NCBI GenBank assembly: GCA_964416275.1
Contig: CAYQDU010000002.1
Location: 1,282-65,281, forward strand
Reading direction: 5' to 3'
Length of the DNA: 64,000 nt
From: an uncultured Anaerolinea sp.
Lineage (GTDB): Bacteria; Chloroflexota; Anaerolineae; Anaerolineales; UBA4823
The notes beneath the pieces were generated by a model. The model was given only the letters and a program-made list of their open reading frames with translations, was not told the DNA's origin and made no database searches. Shown here piece after piece: positions 31,819-40,865 of this stretch. Position 1 is the first letter of the stretch, and the number at the start of each line of letters is the position of its first letter. Both the position numbers and the translations under genes were made by a program.

Positions 31819-31898
31819 TGCTGCGCGCGCCGCTACGCCCAGAGCGGCTATGATACAATTCACTGGTCGATAGAGCCATTTTGCGGCAGGAGGGCAAT

Positions 31899-32315
31899 AT
31901 GAGCGACTTTGCAGAGCAGCGCGAGGCAACGATCCAGCACATCTTAGACACCGCCCACACCATTGCGGTGGTGGGGTTCTCTTCTAAATCCGACCGGGCC
32001 GGGTATTACGTCCCAGCCTATTTGCAGCAGCAGGGCTACCGCATCACCCCAGTGAACCCGGCCTTGCAAGAGGGGCTGGGTCAAACAGCCTACCCAGACC
32101 TGGCAGCCATCCCTGAACCGGTCGATCTGGTGCTGCTGTTCCGGCGCAGCGAGGACGTGCCGCCCTTTGTCGAGCAGGCTATCCAGATTGGGGCCAAAGC
32201 GGTATGGATGCAGTCAGGCATCGTCAACTTGCAGGCGGCTCAGGCCGCCCGCCAGGCCGGTCTGGCGGTGGTGATGGATGCCTGTATGATGGTCGAACAC
32301 CGCTTCCGCAATTGA
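31899..32315 (+). CDS. CoA-binding domain protein (YccU/YneT family)
   Basis: IAVVGFSSKSDRAGYYVPAYLQQQGYRITPVNP ... AKAVWMQSGI. ATG 31899 is preceded by AGGAGGG. Confidence 0.85.
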   Translation: MSDFAEQREATIQHILDTAHTIAVVGFSSKSDRAGYYVPAYLQQQGYRITPVNPALQEGLGQTAYPDLAAIPEPVDLVLLFRRSEDVPPFVEQAIQIGAKAVWMQSGIVNLQAAQAARQAGLAVVMDACMMVEHRFRN

Positions 32316-32325
32316 GCCAACCGCC

Positions 32326-32751
32326 TCACCCGATGGTGAGCAGGATAATCCCGCCCAGGGTCAGCAGCCCTCCCAGGACGGTCTTCCAGGTAAGCGGCTC
32401 GCCGCCCAGCAGCACCCCCAGCAAAGCCCCAAACAGGGGCGAGGTGAAGGCAATGGGCATGACTTTGGTCAGCGGAGCGCCTTTGATGGCGGCGTAGTAG
32501 CACAGCATCCCCACGGACCCGGCTACCACCCCGCCGCCCAGCACCATCATCAGCAGCGCCTTGGGCCCGGCCTGCGGTACGGTCTTCCACTGGGGGAAGC
32601 TGACAATGCCCAGCACGATCAGCGCCACCGCGGTGCGAATGGTGATGCCCATCTGCGGCGAGAGGTTGCCCAGGTGCAGGCCCTTCTTCTCAAAATATCC
32701 CCCCATGCCCCAGGCCATAGCGGTCAGCAAAGCCAGCAGTTGCGGTTTCAT
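32326..32751 (-). CDS. small EamA-domain (DMT superfamily) membrane transporter
   Basis: 141 aa, 4-5 TM. MKPQLLALLTAMAWGMGGYFEKKGL ... is typical of a single EamA domain. Confidence 0.7.
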   Translation of the reverse strand: MKPQLLALLTAMAWGMGGYFEKKGLHLGNLSPQMGITIRTAVALIVLGIVSFPQWKTVPQAGPKALLMMVLGGGVVAGSVGMLCYYAAIKGAPLTKVMPIAFTSPLFGALLGVLLGGEPLTWKTVLGGLLTLGGIILLTIG

Positions 32752-32786
32752 GATTTCTCCTTTTTAGCCATCTATTCGAGAGTTTT

Positions 32787-32993
32787 GGCTCTTCCGCCGA
32801 AGGTGGGGATTTTTCTATATTTTTAGGAAAATGTGCGGCTACGCCGCACATTTCCCCAAAAATAACACCTCTTTCCCGGCAAAGCCGGGAGAGCCAAACT
32901 TTTTTGGCTCCTCCACCGCAGGCGGTTTTTTTCTATATTTTGGGGTTGCTATGCGGCGTAGCCGCATAGCAACCCCAAAATCGGACTGCTCTC
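32787..32993. repeat. two tandem type-1 nested palindromic repeats (32787-32895 with hairpin 32821-32861; 32906-32993 with hairpin 32938-32980)
   Basis: Copy 2 has a perfect 19-bp inner stem, TTTTGGGGTTGCTATGCGG-CGTAG-CCGCATAGCAACCCCAAAA. Copy 1 stem is TTTTAGGAAAATGTGCGG-CTACG-CCGCACATTTCCCCAAAA (2 mismatches). Confidence 0.9.
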
Positions 32994-32997
32994 TTTT

Positions 32998-34293
32998 CTA
33001 TCCGTTTTGCATAAGAGCCGCCGCCCGGCGGCCGATCTCTACGGCGAAGTTGGTGCCGCGATCCCACGGGTAGACCTGGCTCATGCTGGCAAAATACAGG
33101 CCGGGAATGGGCGTCTGGATAGCCGGGATGTTTTTGGAATGATTAACCAACGGGATAGGCTGGGCATAGGCGGTGCGGAACAGCCAGCTTTTGCGCACCC
33201 ACTCGGGTTTGAAATCGGGGTTGATGCGGCTCAGGGCGGGCAGATAGCGGGCCAGCAGCTCGTCCTGGCTGAGGCGGAAATATTCGTGGTCGGTTTCCAG
33301 GTAATCGCCCAGGTACAGGATGTGATCGCCGCCGAAGTATTCCGGCTTGAGGTAGTTGGTATGCTCCACCAGGGCCAGAAAGGGGAACCCAGCCGACTTG
33401 GGCAGGTTGTACCAGTAATAGCCCTGGGTGGAAAGCTGGTGTTTCAAGGCCAGCACCATCACCACCGCGCCCATGCTCTTGAGGGCCAACAGTCCGTCCA
33501 GGTAGGCCGGGGGCAGGTCAGGGGCCAGGCGAGCCAGCAGGGCCGGAGAGGTGGTGGATAACACCTGGTCGAAGCGCTGCTCGGCCCCGTTGACCTGCAC
33601 CGCCAGCCCGCCCTGCGGGTGGGCGGCGATCTGCGTCACCGGGGTCCGAAGCTGGATCTGCACTCCCATCTCTTGCAGGCGAGCGGCAAAGCGGTCTGCA
33701 AAAGCCTGGAAGCCGCCCTTGAACGTGCCAAGCCGGGTGGTGCGGGTCTTGAGGCGGGCCCACATCCAGGCCATGTTGACCTGGCGGGCGTAGCGCTCGC
33801 CAAACTTGCCCACCAGCATCGGCTCCCACATCAGTTCATAGACCCGGTTCCCGGCCCACCGGCGCATCCACTCGTCAGTGGTGTATTTCTCCAGGGCGCG
33901 CCAATTGTTGCCCAGGCGCAGGTACAGCCCCACCAGCCCAAAGCGGGCCTTGTTGATGCCCCAGCCCAGGCCGGGGAACAGGATCGCCTTGAGGATCGAG
34001 TCGAACGGGTAGAATTTGCCCTGGTGGTACATGACGGTATAGGGCCGGGGAAAGATTACGTCGTCTTTCCAGCCCAGTTCATCGATCAGGCCCAGCATGT
34101 GCTGGTCGCTGGCGAACCAGTGGTGGTAGAACTTCTCGACGCTCCACTCCCAATGGGGTTCTTTGAACCCGGCTGCCAGCCCACCCACCTCGCCGCTGGC
34201 TTCGAAGATGGTCACGTTGCGCCCGGCCCGGCGCAGGTCATAGGCCGCGGCCATTCCGCCGATCCCGGCCCCGATGATGGCAATGTTTTTCAT
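32998..34293 (-). CDS. NAD(P)/FAD-dependent oxidoreductase (amine oxidase / phytoene desaturase-like fold)
   Basis: MKNIAIIGAGIGGMAAAYDLRRAGRNVTIFEASGEVGGLAAGF dinucleotide-binding motif, 431 aa. Confidence 0.8.
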   Translation of the reverse strand: MKNIAIIGAGIGGMAAAYDLRRAGRNVTIFEASGEVGGLAAGFKEPHWEWSVEKFYHHWFASDQHMLGLIDELGWKDDVIFPRPYTVMYHQGKFYPFDSILKAILFPGLGWGINKARFGLVGLYLRLGNNWRALEKYTTDEWMRRWAGNRVYELMWEPMLVGKFGERYARQVNMAWMWARLKTRTTRLGTFKGGFQAFADRFAARLQEMGVQIQLRTPVTQIAAHPQGGLAVQVNGAEQRFDQVLSTTSPALLARLAPDLPPAYLDGLLALKSMGAVVMVLALKHQLSTQGYYWYNLPKSAGFPFLALVEHTNYLKPEYFGGDHILYLGDYLETDHEYFRLSQDELLARYLPALSRINPDFKPEWVRKSWLFRTAYAQPIPLVNHSKNIPAIQTPIPGLYFASMSQVYPWDRGTNFAVEIGRRAAALMQNG

Positions 34294-34345
34294 AAAATGT
34301 TCCTTCTCAGTTTTTGGGCGGGTACCACCCCATTAAACTGTAAAG

Positions 34346-34541
34346 CAGGCATGGCGCTCCTCGAGCGCCTTCAAAAAAGATGGCACGTGGACTTTGTCGC
34401 ACGAGGTACGGCGAAATCCCCTGAATATCTCTGGCTCTTCTGGCTTCGCCGGGGAAGAAGGTATGTTTTGTGGAAACTGTGTGGCGTAGCCACACAGTTT
34501 CCACAAAACACAGAAGAATTCCCACCTTGGGCAGGAGAGCC
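34346..34541. repeat. mosaic repeat: H3 hairpin + degenerate H2 + full type-1 element (34433-34541, inner hairpin 34466-34508)
   Basis: The inner stem TTTTGTGGAAACTGTGTGG-CGTAG-CCACACAGTTTCCACAAAA is a perfect 19 bp. It shows a G-to-T change in the conserved TTTTGGGG foot, compensated by C-to-A in the partner arm. Confidence 0.9.
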
Positions 34542-34597
34542 ATATCTCTTTCCTGGGCTTCGAGCGCCCCGGCCATCGGCGCAGGCGCGGGAAGAAT

Positions 34598-35605
34598 TCA
34601 GGCTTCGGATCTGGCCCCGGCCACGGCCTCGTTCCAGTCGATGCCTTTACGCAGCATATAATACCCACCCAGCAGGGTGATGGGCGCCCACAGGGCCACG
34701 TGCAGCACCAGGGTATAGGCCGCAGCAAGGGCTTTATCCACCCCGTAGGCTTGCAGCACGGCAATGCCAGGGGCGTCGAATGTACCAACATAACCCGGCG
34801 CCGAAGGGATGGTCGTCGCCAGATTGACGATCCCATTCATCAGCATCAGGGCAAAGAAGCTGACCTGGAACGGGAAGGCGTGCATCACGAACCAGTATTT
34901 GGCCGTTTCTAGCAGCCAGATTACGATGGAAGTGACAAAGACCATCAAAATCTGGCGCGGCGAGCGCAGGGCCTCCAGCCCGCCCAGGAAGCGCTCAGCC
35001 AGGGCCAGCAGCTTCTGGCGGAAGCGGTGCGGAACGAACAGGTTTACCATGCGCCGGAACAACCCCAGGCTGGTTTCGGGGAACATGGCAGCCAGCAGAA
35101 AGACCGCCAGCGCCCCCAGGAACACGAATGTGCCGATCAGGGCCAGGCTGCGGATGTCGCCCACAAAGCCAGAGCTGTGGGTCAGGCGGGCCAGTTCGGG
35201 TAGGTTGATGAACACGAAGCCCAGCATGACGACTCCGTCAAAGACCCGCTCGACGATGATCGTCGCCAGCGAGGCCGAGATCGGCACATCTTCTTCGCGT
35301 TTCAGCACCACCGCCCGCAGCACCTCGCCGGCCCGGGCCGGCAGGATGTTGTTGCCGAAGTAGCCAATCGTCACAGTGGGGAACAATCGCCCGGTGGGGA
35401 TCGACTTGAGCGGTTTGAGCAGGTGGTGCCAGCGCCAGGCGCGGGCCCACACGCCCACAAAATACACGGCGATGCCCGGAAGCAACCACAGGTAGTTGGC
35501 CTGGGCCATCGCTGCGCCCAGTTCGTTCAGGCGCAGCCCGCGCAGGGCCAGCCATAGAAAGACCAGGCTAATCAGAACTCCTAACCAGAATTGCCAGCGT
35601 TTCAT
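34598..35605 (-). CDS. flippase-like / lysylphosphatidylglycerol synthase TM-region family membrane protein (UPF0104)
   Basis: MKRWQFWLGVLISLVFLWLALRGLRLNELGAAMAQANYLWLLPGIAVYFVGVWARAWRWHHLL is a typical N-terminus for this family. 8 or more TM helices. Confidence 0.7.
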   Translation of the reverse strand: MKRWQFWLGVLISLVFLWLALRGLRLNELGAAMAQANYLWLLPGIAVYFVGVWARAWRWHHLLKPLKSIPTGRLFPTVTIGYFGNNILPARAGEVLRAVVLKREEDVPISASLATIIVERVFDGVVMLGFVFINLPELARLTHSSGFVGDIRSLALIGTFVFLGALAVFLLAAMFPETSLGLFRRMVNLFVPHRFRQKLLALAERFLGGLEALRSPRQILMVFVTSIVIWLLETAKYWFVMHAFPFQVSFFALMLMNGIVNLATTIPSAPGYVGTFDAPGIAVLQAYGVDKALAAAYTLVLHVALWAPITLLGGYYMLRKGIDWNEAVAGARSEA

Positions 35606-35763
35606 CGTAGGGGCAATTATACCCGCTGCCAGGCCGGAATACCGAGCCTGGGCAGACGGTTGGGTAGAGAGCCGCCTCCGCCGGTCAGGCTCATCAGGAT
35701 TAGCTTCGCAGTTTAGCCGGGCAGCGTCTGCAAACCATCCAATATAGGTTTAAAATACAAGGC

Positions 35764-37239
35764 ATGAACGTTATCCGTCGTTATGGGCTGAGGCTGGGCC
35801 TGCTGATCCTCGCATTGGCGGCTGTCGGCCTGGCCGTTGTGATTTTGTTTGGTTTCCCGCGCCTGGTAGACGCTTCGCCGGCGGATGGGGCGGTGGACGT
35901 ACCGGTCAATGCAGCGCTGCGCCTGACCTTTTCGCGCTCGATGGAGGTCGCCTCGGTGCAGGAACGCCTGCGCCTGACCCCCGCAGTGGAAGGGAGCTAT
36001 AGCTGGGAAGGCGATACGCTGGTCTTCACCCCCGCCAGAGGCTGGCCGTCGGGCGCGGTGATCCAGGTGCAGTTAGAGGCCGGGGCCCCGGCTTCCGGGT
36101 TCCCCGCGCTGCGCCTGCGCCGCGAGTGGCGGGCGGCTTTCACCGTCTGGCAGCCGGGGTTGGCGTTCTTGTATCCGTCCACCGGCCCGGCCAACGTGTA
36201 TCTCTACCGCCCGCAGGCCGCCAAAAATACGCCTCTGACCAACGCCATTGCCGGGGTGTTGGATTACGTCGTCGCCCCGGATGGCCGCGCTTTGTATTAC
36301 AGCACACCTCGCTCGGAAGGCGGCAGCCAGATCATGCGCCAGCCTATCCCCGAACGCAGCGCCCCCCAGATCCGCCCAACCTCAACGGCAAGCGCGGCGA
36401 CCGCCCCGCCGGCGCTCTTGCCCCAGCCTCAGGCGGCGCTGATTTGCCCGCAGGCCGCCTGCCAGGCGCTGGCGCTCTCGGCTCATCAGGAGTACCTGGC
36501 CTACGAGCGCATCGTCCAGCCCGGCGGGGAAGGCCTGGCCGCGCCCCAGGTCTGGTGGGTGGCCCTGGACCCGCAGACCGGGCTGGCCGCCGGGCAGCCC
36601 ACCCTGGCCGGCTCGCCCGACCACCAGACCATCGAGCCAATCTGGTCGCCGGATAATCGCCTGACGTTCTACGACAGCCAGGCGCAGGCGTATATCACCC
36701 TCGACCCGGCCAGCGGGCGCACGGTGCGCTTCGCCAACCAGACCGGGCAGAGCGGCGATTGGCAGCCCGACGCAGCAGCTTTCGTGGCCCCAGAGATTTT
36801 CTTCCTCGATCCCGGTTCGGCTTCCGGGGTTTCTGGCCTGGAACGCCTGGCCGACAGCCACCTGCTGCGCTACGACCCGCGCTCCGGCCAATCGCAAGAC
36901 CTGACCGGCGTGGATGGCATCGAAGACGCCTCTCCGGCCTTCTCGCCGGATGGGGCTTTCCTGGCCTTTGCTCGCAAATATCTGGATGCCCGCCGCTGGA
37001 CTCCGGGGCGGCAGATCTGGCTGATGGACCTCAAGACCAACCAGGCCCGCCCGGTGACAGCCGACGTGATTTACAATCACTATGACCTGCGCTGGAGTTT
37101 CACCAGCGACCGGCTGGCTTTTGCGCGCTTCGATCAAAGCACGTTGAACGAGCCGCCGGAAGTGTGGATGCTCGACCTGACCAGCGGCGAACTGAGCCAG
37201 GTCGTGGTCGGAGGATATAACCCCCAATGGCTGCCCTGA
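35764..37239 (+). CDS. membrane-anchored protein with SbsA-type Ig-like domain and TolB/PD40-like beta-propeller repeats
   Basis: N-terminal TM LGLLILALAAVGLAVVILF. ASPADGAVDVPVNAALRLTFSRSM (Big_5-like). WSPDNRLTFYD and FSPDGAFLAFAR (PD40-like). Confidence 0.65.
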   Translation: MNVIRRYGLRLGLLILALAAVGLAVVILFGFPRLVDASPADGAVDVPVNAALRLTFSRSMEVASVQERLRLTPAVEGSYSWEGDTLVFTPARGWPSGAVIQVQLEAGAPASGFPALRLRREWRAAFTVWQPGLAFLYPSTGPANVYLYRPQAAKNTPLTNAIAGVLDYVVAPDGRALYYSTPRSEGGSQIMRQPIPERSAPQIRPTSTASAATAPPALLPQPQAALICPQAACQALALSAHQEYLAYERIVQPGGEGLAAPQVWWVALDPQTGLAAGQPTLAGSPDHQTIEPIWSPDNRLTFYDSQAQAYITLDPASGRTVRFANQTGQSGDWQPDAAAFVAPEIFFLDPGSASGVSGLERLADSHLLRYDPRSGQSQDLTGVDGIEDASPAFSPDGAFLAFARKYLDARRWTPGRQIWLMDLKTNQARPVTADVIYNHYDLRWSFTSDRLAFARFDQSTLNEPPEVWMLDLTSGELSQVVVGGYNPQWLP

Positions 37240-37742
37240 TCGTCCCCGGCGCGCCGGCGCCCAACTTCAGCCTGCCCGACCTGGACGGAAGGCTGTATCA
37301 TCTTTCCGCGGCCCGCGGCCAGATCGTAATTCTCAACTTCTGGTCGGCCGAATGTTCCTGGTCGGAGCGGGCCGATCAAGACATTCTGGCTGCCTTGCCG
37401 GGCTGGGGTCCCAGCGTGGCGTATTGGCCCATTGCCGCCAATCGCGCCGAATCGCTGGATGAACAGCGCCAGGCGGCCCAACAGCGCGGCCTGCCCCGCC
37501 TGCTGCGTGACGCCAACCAGCAGGCGGCGAACGCCTATGGCGCGCAGACTACTCCGCACCTGTTCGTAATCGACCCACGGGGCGGGCTGGCCTACCAGGG
37601 CGCTTTGGACGACATGACCTTTGGCCGCCGCAGCCCCACTCAGCCCTATCTGCGCCAGGCTGTGGCCGCCCTGCTGGCCGGCCGACGCCCCGACCCGTCC
37701 CAGACCGCCCCCTACGGCTGCACCATCGTGCGCTTCGAGTGA
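37227..37742 (+). CDS. thioredoxin-fold redoxin (AhpC/TSA family) with CxxS active-site variant
   Basis: APNFSLPDLDGRLYHLSAARGQIVILNFWSAECSWSE ... TTPHLFVIDPRG. It overlaps the upstream gene end by 13 nt. Confidence 0.75.
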   Translation: MAALIVPGAPAPNFSLPDLDGRLYHLSAARGQIVILNFWSAECSWSERADQDILAALPGWGPSVAYWPIAANRAESLDEQRQAAQQRGLPRLLRDANQQAANAYGAQTTPHLFVIDPRGGLAYQGALDDMTFGRRSPTQPYLRQAVAALLAGRRPDPSQTAPYGCTIVRFE

Positions 37743-37878
37743 CCCTCCCCCCGCCCCCTCGCCGAGATGAAGGTGGACTTGCGCCCCAGTGAAAATACAG
37801 GCTGGGGAGTTGGATCGGCAAAGCCGATCCAACTCCCCAGCCCAGCTATCCTCTCTCATCTGAAAGGGGAGAGAGGGG
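37743..37878. terminator. nested palindromic element exactly filling the convergent intergenic gap; the inner perfect 17-bp hairpin (37802-37840) is a likely bidirectional terminator
   Basis: CTGGGGAGTTGGATCGG-CAAAG-CCGATCCAACTCCCCAG. Outer imperfect inverted arms are CCCTCCCCCCGCCCCCTCGCCGAGATGA and TCTCATCTGAAAGGGGAGAGAGGGG. The flanking stop codons are at 37740-42 and 37879-81. Confidence 0.7.
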
Positions 37879-40023
37879 TCAGCCCTTGTACTGCTGGTGA
37901 TACTTAATCAGCCACTCCTGAGGGTTGAGCGGAACGTCGCCCGAACCAGGGTGCAGCATCTCGTAGCTCCCATCGGGGTGCATCAGACGCGTCTTGCGGT
38001 TGGCGTGCAGGTAGGTCTCCAGCACATCGTCGCGCAGATAGCGAATCAGGCGCTTATCCTGCACCGGGAATAGCACCTCTACCCGCCAGTTGATGTTGCG
38101 CGGCATCAGGTCGGCGCTGCCGGAATAAATTTCCTCCTGCCCGCCGTTGCAGAAATAATAAATGCGGCTGTGCTCCAGGAAACGCCCTACCACGCTGATA
38201 ACCCGGATGTTTTCGCTGATGCCTTTCCGACCGGGGCGCAGGCAGCACATGCCGCGCACGATCAAGTCGATTTTTACCCCGGCCTGGGAAGCCTCATACA
38301 GCTTGCGGATCATGCGCGGGTCTACCAGCGAGTTCATCTTCATAATCATCGACCCGCAGCGGCCCTGGCGCTGATGCTCGATCTCGCGGTCGATCAGTTC
38401 TTCCATGCGCTGGCGCAGGTTGAGCGGGGCCACCAGCAGCTTGCGATAGATTTTCTGGGTCGAATACCCGGTCAGATAGTTGAACAGGTCGCTGGCGTCG
38501 GCGCCAATATCTTCGTCGGCGGTAAACATGCCCACGTCTTCGTACAGCGTGGCCGTCACCACATTGTAATTGCCGGTCGCCAGGTGCAGGTAACGCCGGA
38601 TGCGGTCTTCCTCCCGGCGCACCACCAGGGCGATCTTGGAGTGAGTCTTTAGCCCCAGCAGGCCATAGATCACATGCACGCCTTCTTTTTCCAGCATCCT
38701 GGCCCAGGTAATGTTGCTCTCTTCATCGAAGCGGGCCTTCAGCTCGACCAGAACGGCCACTTCTTTGCCGTTCTCGCGAGCTTCCAACAAAGCGTCAACC
38801 ACGGGTGAATTGCGCCCCACCCGGTAGAGGGTCTGCTTGATCGCCAGCACATCGGGGTCGCGCGCTGCAGAGCGCAAGAAATCGACCACCGGCTTGAATG
38901 AGTCGTAAGGATGATGCACCAGCAGGTCTTGCTGGCGGATAGCGGCAAACAGGCCGCCATCCAGCCCATCGCGGCTATCGGTACGCAGCGGGAGGGGGAT
39001 GGTGGGCTTGAAGGGCTGGTCTTTTAATGTTATATCATCCAGGCCGTGCAGCGCGATCAAATCGCTCAACCCCAGCGGCCCGCTGACGGTGTAAATGTCG
39101 CGCCGATCCATTTCCAGGTTTTCCACCAGGATGTCGCGGATGCGGGTGGGCATGTTTTCGACCACCGACAGGCGCGTGACCGATCCGAAGCGGCGCTGGC
39201 GCACGCTCTGCTCGATGCTTTCCAGCAGGTCGCCAGCCTCCAATTCCTGGATCACCATATCGGCGTCACGCGTCACCCGGAAGGGGTGCGCCTCGACGAT
39301 CTCCAGGCCAGGGAAGAGCTTTTCCAGGTTGGCAATCACCACCTGTTCCAGCCAGACAAAATAGTGCTTGAGGGGCGGCGTGCCATCTTTCCGCAAACTG
39401 CCCGACGAGCGCTTGACCGGCACCAGGCGTGGTAGGGTCTTTGGCACCTTGATGCGCGCAAACCGCTCGCGGCCTTCTTCATCGCGGATCACCACCGCCA
39501 GGTTCAGGCTTAGATTCGAGATATGCGGGAAGGGATGGCCGGGGTCAAAGGCCAGCGGCGTCAGCACCTTCGAGACCACCTCGTCGAAGTAGCTGTCGGC
39601 CATCTCTTTCTGGCGGGCGGTGAGGGCGCTGTAATTCATCAGGTAGATCCCAGACTGAGTCAGTTGGGGCAAAAGCTCGTCCAGGCATTCGCGCATCTGG
39701 CTCATCAACTGACCCGCCGCTTTGCGGATCTCGGCCAGGGCGCGCACCGGGGGCGTGCCATCGGCCGGCAGGTCGATCACGCCGGATTCGACCTGCTTGC
39801 GGATGCCGGTCACGCGCACCATAAAGAATTCATCCAGGTTCGAGCTGACGATAGACAGGAACTTAACCCGCTCCAGGAGCGGGTTGGTTTCATCCTGCGC
39901 CTCTTGCAGCACGCGCCGGTTGAATTCGAGCATACTCAATTCACGGTTGATGTAATACTGGGGGTCGTGCAGATCAATCTGGTTGGGAGAAAGATCTTCC
40001 TGCGTGTCAAGAATCTCTGCCAT
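37879..40023 (-). CDS. ppk1: polyphosphate kinase 1
   Basis: 714 aa. YINRELSMLEFNRRVLQEA, FLSIVSSNLDEFFMVRV, and two PLD-like C domains (KTHSKIALVVRRE; LEHSRIYYF). Confidence 0.95.
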   Translation of the reverse strand: MAEILDTQEDLSPNQIDLHDPQYYINRELSMLEFNRRVLQEAQDETNPLLERVKFLSIVSSNLDEFFMVRVTGIRKQVESGVIDLPADGTPPVRALAEIRKAAGQLMSQMRECLDELLPQLTQSGIYLMNYSALTARQKEMADSYFDEVVSKVLTPLAFDPGHPFPHISNLSLNLAVVIRDEEGRERFARIKVPKTLPRLVPVKRSSGSLRKDGTPPLKHYFVWLEQVVIANLEKLFPGLEIVEAHPFRVTRDADMVIQELEAGDLLESIEQSVRQRRFGSVTRLSVVENMPTRIRDILVENLEMDRRDIYTVSGPLGLSDLIALHGLDDITLKDQPFKPTIPLPLRTDSRDGLDGGLFAAIRQQDLLVHHPYDSFKPVVDFLRSAARDPDVLAIKQTLYRVGRNSPVVDALLEARENGKEVAVLVELKARFDEESNITWARMLEKEGVHVIYGLLGLKTHSKIALVVRREEDRIRRYLHLATGNYNVVTATLYEDVGMFTADEDIGADASDLFNYLTGYSTQKIYRKLLVAPLNLRQRMEELIDREIEHQRQGRCGSMIMKMNSLVDPRMIRKLYEASQAGVKIDLIVRGMCCLRPGRKGISENIRVISVVGRFLEHSRIYYFCNGGQEEIYSGSADLMPRNINWRVEVLFPVQDKRLIRYLRDDVLETYLHANRKTRLMHPDGSYEMLHPGSGDVPLNPQEWLIKYHQQYKG

Positions 40024-40053
40024 GCGCCACCTGAAAGATTATCGAAGAAGGTT

Positions 40054-40839
40054 TTATTTCTTTTTCTTCTTCTTCGCTTCGCTTTTCTTGTCGTCTTTCT
40101 TCTTCGGCTTTTCTGGCTCTGCAAATGGGTCAAACTTCAGCTCTTGCGAGAGCTTATCGACCAGAGTGCGCAGAATCTTGACCCGGGCATAGGGCTTCGA
40201 ATTGGCTTCGACCACCGTCCACGGGGCCGAGAGCGTGCTGGTTTTGAGCAGCATCTCATTGACCGCTTCTTCGTACTGCGGCCATTTTTCGCGGTTGCGC
40301 CAGTCTTCATCGGTCAGCTTCCAGGAGCGGCGTTTATCTTCGGAGCGCGATTCGAAACGGCGCAACTGTTCGTCTGGGTCGATGTGCAGCCAGAACTTGA
40401 ACAGAATTGTACCAAAATCTACCAACTGGCGCTCGAAATTGTTGATCTCCCGATAGGCGCGCTTCCATTCAGCCTCGCTGCAAAAGCCCTCGATTCGCTC
40501 GACCATCACCCGCCCGTACCAAGAGCGGTCGAAGATGGCGATCTGCCCGGTTTCGGGCAGGCGGTTCCAAAAGCGCCACAGGTAATGGTGAGTGGCTTCG
40601 TCGCCCTTAGGGGCGGCGACCGAATATACCACGAAGCCGCGCGGGTCAAGCTTCTCGGTGACGCGGCGGATCGCCCCGCCCTTACCGGCCGCGTCCCAAC
40701 CCTCAAAGACGACAGCCACCGGGCGCTGCTGCATATACACCTGGTAGGCGAGCTGATACAGGGCGACCTGATAGCGGATGAGCTGCTGTTCGTACGCATC
40801 CGGCGAGAGAGTCAGGGAGAGATCAAGGGAAGATAACAT
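40054..40839 (-). CDS. ppk2: polyphosphate kinase 2 family protein with Lys-rich C-terminal tail
   Basis: VVFEGWDAAGKGGAIRRVTEKLDPRG (Walker A), FDRSWYGRVMVERIEGF, lid region. The tail is EPEKPKKKDDKKSEAKKKKKK. Confidence 0.9.
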   Translation of the reverse strand: MLSSLDLSLTLSPDAYEQQLIRYQVALYQLAYQVYMQQRPVAVVFEGWDAAGKGGAIRRVTEKLDPRGFVVYSVAAPKGDEATHHYLWRFWNRLPETGQIAIFDRSWYGRVMVERIEGFCSEAEWKRAYREINNFERQLVDFGTILFKFWLHIDPDEQLRRFESRSEDKRRSWKLTDEDWRNREKWPQYEEAVNEMLLKTSTLSAPWTVVEANSKPYARVKILRTLVDKLSQELKFDPFAEPEKPKKKDDKKSEAKKKKKK

Positions 40840-40865
40840 TGGATTTAGGGGTTAGGATCTCTGAT

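Noticed and set aside
31372-31853. Several 90-112 aa ORFs in the 31299-31898 gap.
   Set aside because: They run through palindromic repeat modules, so both strands give ORFs, and they have no coding-like periodicity or motifs.
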